Below the pieces are notes generated by a model. The model ran no database searches, was not told where the DNA came from, and was given only the letters and a program-made list of their open reading frames with translations. Shown here piece by piece: positions 40,445 to 56,445 of a stretch of DNA of 64,000 bases (the stretch's first letter is position 1; the number at the start of each line of letters is the position of its first letter). Source of the DNA: Eledone cirrhosa. Its lineage: Eukaryota. Made by a program: the position numbers and the translations under genes. The stretch is from positions 45,880,001 to 45,944,000 of the forward strand of contig OZ024747.1 in assembly GCA_964016885.1 (NCBI GenBank). Reading direction: 5' to 3'.

Positions 40445-42872
40445 TGAAACAAACATATATGGGAAAATATAACAGTTGAACAGTTGCGTTTGGCTCTTAG
40501 AAAAACCAGCAAATGGAAATCCCCAGGAAAAGACAAAATACAAAACTTTTGGATAAATGCCTTCACAGAGTCTCATGAGCTGTTAGCCCAACTTTACAAT
40601 GAAATAGTTAAGGAGCCAGAAAAGATACCATCATGGCTAGTTAACGGCATTGCATTCCTGCTTCCGAAGAATGATGAGACAAACAATCCCCAAAATTACA
40701 GACCGATAACTTGCTTGACCACAATGTATACAATTTTAACATCAGTCCTAACTGAATATACATATGACCACATGATAACAAATGACCTATTTCCCAATGA
40801 GCAGAAAGGGTGTAAACGAGGCTCATATGGCTGTAAGGATCAGCTTTTGGTTAACAAAATGATACTGGATGATTGTCATAATAGACACAAAATCTATCAA
40901 TTGCTTGGATAGATTATAAAAAAGCATTCGATAGTTTGCCACACAGTTGGATTGAAAAATGTTTAGAGATTTTCAAAATATCTCCTGTTGTCAGCAGGTT
41001 CCTGTCATTCAGTATGAAGACATGGAAAACGACACTCCTTTTGAATAGTGAAAAACAACTCACTGGAAGCTGGAGAAGTTAATATTAAATGTAGAATTTT
41101 TCAGGGTGACTCATTATCACCGCTTTTATTCTGCATCGCAGTTATACCATTAAGTAAAATGCTCAATGAAACAAAACATGGATATAAAGTCTATGACAAA
41201 ACCATTAAACACTAGTTCTACATGGATGATCTGAAACTATTTGCAAAAAATGATGAACAATTTCAAAGGCTATTATCCACTGTGGAGAAGTTCAGTGATG
41301 ACATTAAAATGGAGTTTGGACTAGATAAATGCGCCAAAGCAACGTTCACCAGAGGAAAGCTGCTGAAAAGTTTAGACATTAATCTTGATCGGGGGAATGT
41401 GATAAGAGAACTTGATCAAGAGGAAACTTGCAAATATCTAGGTGTTTGTGAAGGAGACGGAATCAAGCACTCGACAATGAGGGAAAGGATAAGGAAGGAA
41501 TGTTACCGCAGAGTAAGAGCAATCTTAAGAACGGAATTGAATCAAGGAATAGGATCGATGCCATAAACACGCTTGCCATACCAGTAGTAACCTACAGTTA
41601 CAATGTCATCAACTGGTCAAGCACAGAGATCCGTAGGCTCGATACAAAAATTTGAAAATTCTTAACCATGCATAGAATGCATCACCCTAAGGCAGATACA
41701 GATAGAATATATCTCCCTAGGAAAGAAGGAGGACGTGAGTTAATCCAGTTAGATATTGCGTTTAAAACTGCAACAATTGGATATCTAAGGGAATCACATG
41801 ATTGGATGATCGAACTCGTTTTGAAACACGAAAGCATCAAAAGATCATTCTCCATTACAAAAGATGCACAAAGATACAGTAATGGACTACAAATTTCAGA
41901 AGTCCCATTTACTGCTGAAATGGAAAACACAGAAAAAACAGAGCAAGTAAAAGTAACTGCAAAGAAAGAACTGCTACAGAAACTGGCTAAGAAATAGCAA
42001 GAAAAGCCTCTGTATGGAAAATACCCAGAAAGAGCTAACAATCCTGATGTTGACAAAACTTTAACCCATCAGTGGTTGGCATCCTCTGGACTGAAATCGG
42101 AGACTGAAGGTCTGATTATATCAGCACAAGATCAGTGTCTGCCAACAAAAAATTACCAAGCCAACATAATAAAAAATGGATGCAACCCATTATGCCGTGT
42201 ATGCAAAAAACAACCATAGACCATTGATCATATAATTTCAATGTGCAGTCCTATAGCTCCAACCGAATACCTAAACAGGCATGACTGAGCTGCACAATAC
42301 ATACAATGGATAATGTGTAAGCATTTTGACCTGCCCCATCAAAAGAATTGGTGGGAGCATCAACCACCTCCCATACTTGAAAAAGATCACATCTCAATCT
42401 TGTGGAACTTTAGCATCCAAACAGACCGAAAAATAGATGCAAATAGGCCTGATATAATATTGAAGGACTTTAAAAAGAGGGTATGCCTGCTAATTAATAT
42501 GTCCGTTCCAATATAAAAACATTTGAAAAGTTGAGCAAGTATAAGGACCTGGAGATAGAAATTGGAAAAATGTGGAAATTGAGAACTAAAACAATACCAG
42601 TGGTTGTGGGCGCTCTAGGAATGATACCTAAGGGGTCTAATGATCGCAAATCCCAGAAAACACGCGTATAGGAGAAATAGTACTAATGGGAACTGCCCAT
42701 ATACTAAGGAAGATTCTGTCAATATAAGTACATCACAAGTCTAAACACCTAAATATGCATGTGTGTGTGTATGTATGTTCTTTCTTGAACATGGCAGACC
42801 TTGTTGTCTTTTGAGGTCACTGGTTGTGACTTGGTGATAACTCGTATGAACATAAAGCAAGATAAATGCAAC

Positions 42873-42910
<38 letters not shown>
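40445..42910 (+). mobile_element. R4/Dong-type (RLE) LINE, 5'-truncated and decayed, inserted in (TAA)n
   Basis: WKSPGKD, NYRPITCL, EQKGC, DYKKAFDS, FQGDSLSP, YMDDLKLF, CRVC..HII..C, RHD, RPDII. (TAA)n at both ends. Confidence 0.9.
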
Positions 42911-42912
<2 letters not shown>

Positions 42913-43490
42913 GTGGTCCCGATTGTCATAGGCGCACTAGGTACTATCTCAAAGAGTTTCCAAGGATGGTTAAAGAAAATTGGTCCCGCCCCGCTTTTTG
43001 GATCACTTCAAAAGGCATCCTTGCTGGGAATAGCAAAAACCCTGCGATACGTCCTGAATATCTGAGGCTGCAGGTAGTGGCTTGATATTCATTTCAACAA
43101 ACTTTCCAGTTAACTAACATCAATGACTCAGACTCAAAGAACCATAATAATAATAATAATAAACTAAAACAATACCAGTGGTTGTAGGCGCTCTAGGAAT
43201 GATACCTAAGGGGTCTAATGATTACTTATCGCAAATCTCAGGAAACCCGCGTATAGGAGAAATACAAAAGGTAGTACTAATGGGAACTGCCCATATACTA
43301 AGGAAGATTCTGTCAATATAAGTACATCACAAGTCTAAACACCTAAAGATGCATGTGTGTGTGTATGTATGTTCTTTCTTGAACATGGCGGACCTTGTTG
43401 TCTCTTGAGGTCACTGGTTGTGACTTGGTGATAACTCGTATGAACATAAAGCAAGATAAATGCAGTTGTAATAATAATAATAATAATAAT
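42911..43490 (+). mobile_element. two more R4/Dong-type 3' stubs, each ending in (TAA)n
   Basis: 42911-43160 is a different family (VVPIVIGALG). 43161-43490 duplicates about 42584-42910. Confidence 0.8.
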
Positions 43491-44625
43491 GGTTTCATTT
43501 ATTGTCCACAGGGGCCGACATATAGGTGACAATACAAAGACAGTGTGGGGGGGGGGGTACAATAACATGGAGTAAAAATACATAACAAAAATAATTAACA
43601 ATAAAATATATATAAAAAATATGCAAACATATAAGAATATATAGAAATATAAAATAAATACCCCAATAGTGGGGGCAGACAAGTATCCAGGTGCGATTGA
43701 GGTGCCTCACCAATCCTGAACCACCCAATGTTTCGAAGGCACCCAGGAAGGGAACCTCTCTCCCTCTCAAATTAACTAGCCTACAGGCACATGCTCAGAG
43801 GAGGCCCATACACACACGCCATTATCGCTACATTCATCCACCTATCAGCAAATGTACAGGGGGCAGCAATTCTCTCTCCGCCATCACCTTCCTTTCAAAG
43901 TGAAACTCGAAAAAGTCGATGAGGGATTGGCCTGAAGAGAAAAGTGTCTGCCTTCAGTCATTTCAACCTGGTCCTCCCTCCACAAAACCTATTTTGGTAC
44001 CACCACCTGACAGGAAATTTGCCTACCCTTCCCAGACAAAAGAACGTGGTGGGGCGATCTTCACTATGGACTCGGTCGATAACCTGGTCCGTTCTACATG
44101 TGACAACAGCTGTTCGACATAACTTTACATCGCTTCGGCCCACATTTTCCCACGTTTGATTACCTTCCATGCCTAGGCCCTTTCCATGCCGAGGCCAAAC
44201 GTTGTTTTTTGTCTCTCAAGACCATGCGTAAACATAGCTTCGTTTTAGCTGCCGCAGCAGCGAATGTGCTTTTGTTGGTGTTAATTACGTTATTGTTGTT
44301 GCTGCTCTTGTTGGTGTTGGTTGTGTCACTATTCAGGTTGTTGTTGCTGTTGTTGCTGTTGTTGCTGGTGCTGGTCCTTGTGGTGTCCTTGTTGTTGTTG
44401 TTGTTGTTATTGTTGCTGTCACTTGTTTCGTTTTTGCCGTTGCATTCAGTGCTGCCATTGTTGGTGTTGTTTTTGTCGGTAGTGCTGCTAATATCGTTTT
44501 TGTTGTTGTTGTTGTTGTTGTTCTCGTCGATGTTACCTTTTGTGGTGGTAGTAATCACATTGTTCATAAGGGAGGTAGTGGGGGGTCAGTGTCTCTACTC
44601 TCAACGTTTCAGCTGTTCTCACGTG
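43491..44625 (-). mobile_element. internally deleted Tx1/L1-like element, 5' region fused to ORF2 3' end
   Basis: 44160-44625 resembles 39700-40205. 43491-44150 is similar to the reverse complement of 47800-48410. Confidence 0.7.
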
Positions 44626-44903
44626 ACAGTAGGCTCAAAGTTGGGGAGACCTGCTCCGTCATTGCTTTTTTACGAAGAACAAATTCTTTACACAAATCAA
44701 AGTTCTAATATGAAGGCTCAAGATACAAATATTATGGTATGTCATTTGCAGAAGGCAAGATGGGTGCCTTATTACCTCTTTTGAGCAAAATATTTACAGC
44801 AAAATAAAAAATACACAATTTAGATCCACAAACAGAACGGAGCTCCAAACTGCAAATCTTCATATACCAAACAACAAAGATAATAAAAATTATATAATAT
44901 ATA

Positions 44904-44948
<45 letters not shown>

Positions 44949-44959
44949 TTTGTTTTATC

Positions 44960-45150
44960 ATGAGTTAAGGCTCTATTGATTTTTCCCTGGATTTCTCTAA
45001 ATTCTGTTGGATAAATCTATATCCTGATTACTTTTGAATTGAGTCTGAATTATTTTTCCCATATCTTATGTTAACTATTTTCCCATTTTGACGCTATAGT
45101 CACATATATGTTATGGAATACTGTTAGGTTCTCGCTACAACAATTTCTAT
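44960..45150. repeat. dispersed ~190-bp repeat; second copy at 63820-64000
   Basis: GAGTTAAGGCTCTATTGATTTT...CCATTTTGACG(C/T)TATAGTCAC...AATTTCTA occurs in both. Confidence 0.75.
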
Positions 45151-45157
45151 ACTTTTC

Positions 45158-45199
<42 letters not shown>

Positions 45200-45394
45200 C
45201 GCCGTATTTTGACTAAAGAAATTAAAGAGTATTGACGTACATGTACGTCAATACTCATCTTTTTCCATTTCTCCGAGGGTTCTTAACCCCACTATCAGGC
45301 TAAATAATTTCTTTAATTTCTTTCGTCAAATTACGGCGATAGTTTACATTTCTAATAATTTTAAACCCACTCGCTGTTTCGAAAACATTCATAC

Positions 45395-45445
<51 letters not shown>

Positions 45446-45448
45446 ATA

Positions 45449-45484
<36 letters not shown>

Positions 45485-46539
45485 TGTATGTATGTATGTA
45501 TGTATGTATGTATTATGTGTGTGTGTGTGGGTGTGTGTGCGTGCGTGCGTGCGTGAGTGTGTGTGTGTGTGTGTGTGTGCGTGTGTGCGTGTGTGTGTGT
45601 GTGCGTGTGTGCGTGTGTGTGTGTGTGTGCGTGTGTGCGTGTGTGTGTGTGTGTGTGTGTAGGCAGTCGGAAACGATCACAATCATACACACATGAATAA
45701 TGAAATAATATATACATTTTGATAAACGCATACACACTCACACACACATATATATATAGACACAGTCAGACACACTCACACTCACACACACACACACATA
45801 TATTTATATATATTATATACATATATGTGTGTATGTAAACATATACACATACAAATATGAGTGTGTGTGTTCAAACCAACTACCAATCATAGTCACACAC
45901 ATTTCCTCGTGCGTGGTTGGATAGCTTAGGAAAGAGAACCATATGTTCATATGCATTTGCTTCTTGTTGAGACCCACATTCTAAGTGGAACATGAATTAT
46001 TGATAACATGATTGTGTATGCATGACATTGTGAGGATATTTTATTACTAAGCACTTACAATCTATGAAATATCCAAAGGTTGTAGGTTATGGTAAATACT
46101 GAGAAATGTTCATTTGTTTATCTTTTCTTTTTATTTCGTCTGTATGTTTTGTTTTAACTGTAAACTTTTTTAATATCATTAAGATACATAGCTCAATATA
46201 TCATATAAAATGGATGTTTTGATTAAGGAAGGGCAGCCTATATACTGTAGTTTCGGTTTTTGCTATTAGTATTAACGTTATTATCATTATTTTTAAAGAA
46301 GGTAACACTCCGAAAAAAGACGTTTTAAGGTATTAAATTACCATCAATTATAATCTGAGTTACAACCGCGTTGATGTCATCTTTATATTTCATTTTTCTA
46401 CCGTCAGAAAAACTAAAGAACAAATCAAACACAAGGGTTATATTAAATCGACTAAAACTCTCTCCAAGTGTAAATGTTTGTGTTTATGTTTGAAATCATA
46501 ACAATTATTACCAAAAGAGCAGAGGGTGAGATAATAGGT

Positions 46540-48413
46540 TACAATAGCTGAAAATTAGATCATGGAATTTTTCGTTAAAATCCATTATCTTCTGTGCTGA
46601 ATCACTACAATGTCCAACAACCCATGTTCATTCGTTAAAATAAACGGTCACCTAAGGGAACCATTTCATATCAAGAGCTCTCACCTTCCCTTCCATTCTT
46701 TTCTTTCTGTTGCGTTGGAGATTTTGCTGCATAGGATTGAGACTCTGAGGGGCATCTCACTTGAACCGAGACAGAGAAAACCCGCCTCTGCATAAGCGGA
46801 CAATTCCCCCTTCAAGATGCCGGCACAACAGTAATCGGGGTGGTTTTTACCATTCTGGAAGGTAATAAGGAGGTAACAGAAGCATGCATTACACATAACA
46901 AATCAGTGGACTTGGACTCGACCCTTTAATATTTGCCTTTCATCCTTACGGTGTCGATAAAATAAAGCATTAGTAATACACTCAGGTCGATGTAATCGAC
47001 TTCTCTTCCCCCTTCAAATTGCTGGCCTTGTGCCAATTGTAGAAAAAATTATTATTATTAGAGCAGGGGATTAGCAGTGTCGTTAGCAACGGACAACATG
47101 TTTTATAGCATAGGGTTACACTCCTTTACGATCTGAGTTCAAATGAAGCTTTCCATCCTTACGAGGTCGATAAAATAAAGTACCAGTAATGCACAGGGAT
47201 TTTCAACTTCTTGTGGAGGGGAGGTGGTCCATCTGCTGCTAGCACCCTCGACGCGGATGTCTGGGCATACCGTGGCTAATGATGCACAAAAATGTGCCGA
47301 GGCTGCGGCATCTCCAGATATTCTGCCTTAACGGTGAACAGGTGTGGTCGCCGTTTGTGAAACAGCCTTTTCCGCAGCTCATTTCTTTGACTGAGCTGCA
47401 GTACTGGGTCAAGAAGAGACCGACACCGGGTGCTTGGCATCTGGAATGTTGCCAGACGCTCACGGCCCTCTATCAGGCGGGCAGGGCGGTCAGTGGAACT
47501 TACACTCTCGAGTTCTATACAGGATTATCGGTTGTTGGCAAATGCGACGACGAACTCAGAGAGGATATAGCCGTCGACCAAGTCGAACTGACCATTATGT
47601 TCAAGAAGAATTTCAAGCCGGGGACTATGGATCACTTCCAGAAATCAATCTCTTCGAAGTACTAACGGGGGGGGGGGGGCATTGCTGATTCGAGATAAGC
47701 TCTACAGACACGGAACTGCTGTCATACAGACCTGCCCGAGATGCGCACAGAGCGACGAAACCGTTCTGCACGCCCTCGTTCAGTGTCCATGCATTGCTGA
47801 CTTGCGGAATTATTTCAAACAGCTGTTGCTGCGTATAGAAGCGATCCGGCTATCGACCGAGTCCATAGTGAAGATCGCTCCGCCACCTTCTTTTGGGTGG
47901 AAAGGGCAAGCAATTTTCCTCTGGTGGCTGTAGCGAAAGACGTTGTGTGGTGGACCAGGTTGAAAGGACTGAAGACAAACATTTTTCTCTTCGGCCTGTT
48001 CCTCATCAACTTTTTCAGGTTTCACTTGTAAAGGAAGGTGATAGTCGAGAGAGAAGTGCTACCCCCCCCCCCCCCCCCCCCCCGAATAGTACATTTACTA
48101 AAAGGTGGATGAATGCGGCAAGAATGGCCCGTGTGAATGGGCCTACTCTGGGTATGCGCCTGTAGGCTGGTTAATTTGAGGAGGAGAGGGGTGCCCTTCC
48201 CAGGTGCTGTCGAAGCTTTGGGTGGTTCAGGATTGGTGAGGCACCTGGTTCGGCCCCCTAATGGGGAATTTTCATTGTTGTATTTTCCTTGTTTATTGTT
48301 ATTGCTTTTTATATTGTTTGCTCGATTTTTTGGTAAAAATCCCCACTGATCCCGTCTCTTGTATTGTCCTCTATATTTCGGCCCTTAATAAAATATGAAA
48401 CAATTATTATTAT
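46540..48413 (+). mobile_element. Tx1/L1-like 3' fragments interrupted by SINEs (about 46930-47197)
   Basis: SFVKINGHLREPF; EQVWSPFV; TCPRCAQSDETVLHALVQC. Ends AATAAAATATGAAACAATTATTATT. Confidence 0.8.
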
Positions 48414-48429
48414 AAAGATGAAAAGCAAA

Positions 48430-48876
48430 GCTGATCCCGCCAAGGCTACCTTTGCATTTCACACTTACGAGTCGGTAAAATAAAGTACCAGTAATGCACT
48501 GAGGTCAATTTAATCGACTCCCCATCCCTTCAAATTGTTTGCCTTGTACCTAAAGTAGAAACAACTGTTATTATTATTGGTTAACTTTGCCTTTCATCCT
48601 TACGGGGGTCGATAAAATAAAGTACCAGTAATGCACTGGGTAATTGCTGGCCTTGTGCCAAAAGTAGAAACAACTATTATTAGTTGGTGGATTGGCAGTA
48701 TCGGTAGCGGGCCGGACGCCATGCTTTGCAGCATAGAGCTACTGCCCTTTATGATCTGAGTTCAAATCCCGCCGAGGTTAACTTTGCCTTTCATCTTTAC
48801 GGGGTCGATAAAAATTAAGTACCAGTAATGTACTGGGTAATTGCTGGCCTTGTGCCAAAAGTAGTAGAAACAATTG
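48430..48876 (+). mobile_element. cluster of three SINE copies
   Basis: Consensus matches; the full copy is about 48684-48876. Confidence 0.8.
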
Positions 48877-49033
48877 TAGTTTCATCATCCTGTGGTCATC
48901 GGCTTGATCTTCTTTTTCATTATCGTTGGCGACATCAAAATACTTCTCAATGTCAATATATATATCTTTAATATAAAAATGGCTTCTACAGGACTAGCGC
49001 TGTTACATTCGAAAGAAATCATCAGGAAAGGTT

Positions 49034-49078
49034 TTCCTGATGATTTCCTTCGAATGAAACAGTTCTAGCCCCGTAGAA
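49034..49078 (+). ncRNA. type I hammerhead motif, family Y; mirror copy at 48985-49029
   Basis: TTC-CTGATGA-TTTC-cttc-GAAT-GAAACAG-ttctagcc-CCGTA-GAA. The other copies have CTGTA, giving an ACAG/CTGT stem III and GUA triplet. Confidence 0.65.
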
Positions 49079-49167
49079 GCCATTTCTATATTTAAAATGT
49101 ATACTCTGCTATGTATTGAGTACCTTATTTACTGTGCTTATCCCCGATTGAACCCGAGACACACACG

Positions 49168-49237
<70 letters not shown>

Positions 49238-49249
49238 TATATATATATA

Positions 49250-49296
<47 letters not shown>

Positions 49297-49518
49297 CGAA
49301 GAGGGTGTGGTAAGGAACCAGATGGACCATAACGCACCAGAGTACTCAATTCTGAGGGTAGTAGACGGTTATTTCTGGTCCAGAAATAGCCCTCGAAACG
49401 ACTTGAGCTCTGCCGTCGGGGTTAAACCTTTTCATATATATATATATATATATACATACATATATATATATATATACATATATACGTACATATATATGTA
49501 AATATATATATATATATT

Positions 49519-52249
<2,731 letters not shown>

Positions 52250-55200
52250 ATATATATATATATACAATCGATAGAAAAAATCATTACGAAAATGTCACTC
52301 TCCACTCTCTTTATTTGATATGAAAGTTATGAAACGTTTGAATGTACCCAGAATATTTTGTAGATGAATATTCTTATATTCTTGAATTAATGATGTTGGA
52401 GATATTTTGTAACAAGAGTTCAGTCTGGTCGAGAAAATTCCTTTTATTTGAAATGCTTTCTTTCTCCAACATACGTAGGTAAGGGACATAATGAATTCAG
52501 CTTTCAATTAATCAAAATTTTGTTTTTCGATTCTGATAAGTCATCTTAAATTTGCTAATACTTTTCTTTCTCCATAGTTTTATATATTAATATAAATAGT
52601 AATGTTAGGTGTTGTCTGGAATCAAATTAGAGTTTCTTTCTCTAAAGTAATTTACCTTAATATATTATGATTTGCCATCTCCATAAAACAGACAATATTT
52701 TTCCCATCAATGTGAACATGACAAAAGATGTAAGTCTTTTACACCTTGCATTATATCCCAAGAGAAATAGTATGAGAACACTAAATAATGCAGCAATATT
52801 TCTTTCAAACTATGTATTACTTTAATCAGAATACATGTTTTCATATATTTATTCCAATAATATTTTGGCATTTTGCCACTGATATTTCCAGCAGCACTTC
52901 AATTCCAGTATAATTTTCTTAGCATTCTTCCTTTACTTGCCTTTTCTTCGAAACTTTGATGTTACTTCTTCTTTATTACATGTAGTAAATTCAATCTATA
53001 TTGATTAATAAATGGGTTCTTATCAAATATATGAGCCTATTTACTCGAAAATGCTATCAAGAACTTTTGTCCATGATTACTGATTCATTTTGATCAATTC
53101 AAAATTATGTTTGCCACAACATCTGTATTGCAGCATAGAGGATTTTCATATAAGCTCTATTGTCTCGGAGAAAAGCCAGATGAATTGGCAGGATATTATC
53201 AGCATTCTTCGAGCTTCTGTCACTTGCCCTATCCCTTTAGATTTGTTAGAACTCAAAACACAATGTCTACTAACTTCTAATGACACGAAAGGGAAGACGT
53301 TTATTGACAAAATGCCACAGTATAACTCTTGAGGAATAACAATTGACTTGGGAATGAACCGAGCTGAAATCACATAATATCAGTTTACTTTTGTTTCCAT
53401 TTCCATTAATGTTAGCTGTGGTTATTGATGGAATATGTGATGGAATGAATCTTTATTATTTAATATAAATTATTGCTTTCATTTTAGAAAGTAAATTGAA
53501 ACAGAGACAATTCTTCCACACGCTTTTCACAAATGTCTTAAATTGTTGAACTCCCCAAACAAGATGTCGGTGTTTCATTTACGGATCCATCTCTGTGTCA
53601 TTGTAGTGAAATAAGCAGTAAAATGATATTATAATGTGTATATGCTTGATGTGAGTGTGTGAATGTGCATATGCGTATCAGTATATACGTGTACGTCTAT
53701 AGTTTTCTTGCGCATAAATGTGTAGATACGGAGTTATTGTTTCGTAGTTAGGAAATGCAAATACTGTTGCAAGCAAATCTAATAGACCCAGATAAAAATA
53801 TTCACTCTTTCATTGAATTTTCATTGCAAACCAGTCTCTAAGGATTAGTTCATTGTAAAGAATGTTATCTTTCTCTCAATACTTTTATTGTAGTTATTAC
53901 AAGCATTTCTATATATCATTGCTCGAATAGTTCTTTTAGTCATTCCCAATAACTCTAACCTTCAGTCTATATAACAATAATCTCTAAGGAACAGAAGACC
54001 TAATAGCAAGAAACAATTGATTTACAAGTCCACTAGTATTATTTTTGTTGTTTCAAACAAGTATGAATATTTTACATGTGTCTTCAGGTTCTTTAGTAAT
54101 CTATTACTTGATATGGCATTATGTGTATATAAGGTGAGTAGCAAACAATACTAAAATGAATAAATTATAACCAATACTACGAGTAATTTAAAATGATAAG
54201 TATAATGAACAGCAAAAAGTTTAAATCTTCACACTCAGCTACATCACGTGTTATGTATGAAGGTGATAACACATGCTTTAGGTCTAAATTGCTGTAGATT
54301 GTTTACAAGGCACACGTGCACTCCTAATTTAATTATTGGACATGTATCTGGGGGTTGTACTGGCTACACATATACATAGCCCACATCACAATATGGAAGA
54401 TAATATCAGTCGACATACAGTTTCATTTACTAACAAATTATATCCATAATCCTACCAACAGCCACCGTTGTCTCCAGTAATACTACAGTAGTATTTGACC
54501 GTATAAATTGAGTAGTACGAACTCTCGCCGAAACTAATCCAAAGTAACCACTTTTCATGTCACTCTTACTGAGTCCTTTATTTTTTTACCCCCTATTAAG
54601 TTGACGAATATCCTCTAGTGACGACCTTTTCAAGCGCATTCTGCTTACATTTTGTGTACACTTGATTCGATAATAGATACGTAAAGAACCAGAACAAATA
54701 CCGCAAAATATTTTCTCCAACACTCTCTAATAATTCCGTCAAATATATCGCCCTGGGCTTATACTAATATTCTATAATTAGAATTGGAAAAGGCTAAATG
54801 TGAAACCAGATGTAAAGAGTTGGAACAAATGCCGCAATACATTCTGTTTGAAATTCAAACCATTCTGCTAATTCGCCCAGAAAACATAGTACTAAATATG
54901 CTTTTCTAACCAGAAAAGAGGCTCACTAAAAAATAAATGTATATGCACTTTCATTTCAATGAGACAAGAAAGTATTTACTACATCCAGAATACACAGATT
55001 ATATTCCGATTCAGATTTATTATACTTACTGTAATGTACTTGTGAAAATAGAAATCTGTTTCAAAATATGCATTACAGGATGACAGGTGCGGTGGGTTGG
55101 CAGTTCAAATTCTGCCGATGTCAACTTTACTTTTCAATCTGCCTGAATCAATTATATAAAGTACTAGTCAAATACTGATATCGATATAATCAACTTTCGC

Positions 55201-55484
55201 TTCACTACAACTTGCAAGCCTTGTGTCGAGATTAGAAATCATTATAAGAAGACAAAAACAGAGCAAAGAATAATTGGAAGCCGTTTATAATAATAAAAAT
55301 CTGTTTACTCCGTTCGAGGAAAGAAACATATAATACAAATAGTTAAATAACAGAAAGCTGTGAAAAAGGAACGAAAAACAATAATATGAATAGTTGAACA
55401 AGTAGAAACGTGATTGAAAATATGGCTAAAGAATGTCGCGGGAAATTGATGACAAGAAAAAATGAAATGTGACACAATCAATAT

Positions 55485-55742
55485 TTAACACTTTTGACTC
55501 TAAACCACCTGAGACCGCCCCTGGTTCTACATTACTAATCTGCTTATTTTATAATGTTTACAATGAACGAACTTCCTCCCATCATAGTGTTATGTAAGAA
55601 TATGTGTCAATTTATATTCCAGCCATCAGTTAAATAATAAGAAAATTAGTTATTTTCAAATTCCTGATGGTATTCAAGTGAAAGGTTATTTGAAAACCAT
55701 AGGTAGTTTCTTTCATTAGAACTTTTATCATTAAAAGGCTAA
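55485..55742. mobile_element. possible piggyBac-type MITE
   Basis: TTAACACTTTTGA...TTAAAAGGCTAA resembles decayed TTAA-CCCTTT...AAAGGG-TTAA ends. Confidence 0.4.
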
Positions 55743-56279
55743 ACAGATTGAACTCGGGCGAAGTGGAAATAGAAATTCTAGGTCACTGCCTGAGAAGTGC
55801 AGGTCACATTGATGAAACCGAAATATTTTTATTGAATCATAAGTCTAAAACGTTTCAACGAGAAACTAATGCAGAATATGTGGAGGTTATGAATCTTCGA
55901 TTAATCACGTTGTTTCTGGCTGCTGAGTCTTGGCCAAAAGTGAACATATATACATACAGGCATGACAGATTTGGAACTTTTATATACTTGAAATGATGCC
56001 AACACAGGTAGAAACGAGATTATATTCACATACAGCAGAAAGGGTCTTAGAGAATAAAACAGTGTGGAAACTGTGAGATATGACAATCAACACATAGTGA
56101 TCAAAGCAAATCACATGGATTTTGTCAAAAAATGCCAGAAATTTTCAATCAATACATTAGATGCAACATACGCTAATATATCTATGTAGGAAATGGACAA
56201 TTTATCAAAATATAAAGATCAATTTATAGAGATAACCAAAATTTATAAAAAAAATGAAAACAGAAACATTCTCTATAAT

Positions 56280-56445
56280 AATTATTTCTTCTTTTGGAAC
56301 AAGGCCAGCAATTACCCAGTGCATTACTGGTACTTTATTTTATCTACCCCGTAAGGATGAAAGGCAAAGTTAACCTTGGCGGGATTTGAACTAAGACTGT
56401 AAAGGGACGTAACTATGCTGGAAAGCATGGCGTCCGACCTTCTGA
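56280..56445 (-). mobile_element. SINE
   Basis: Reverse complement of the consensus. Confidence 0.8.

Noticed and set aside
52290-53450. Possible ancient coding remnant on the minus strand
   Set aside because: No motif could be identified by eye.
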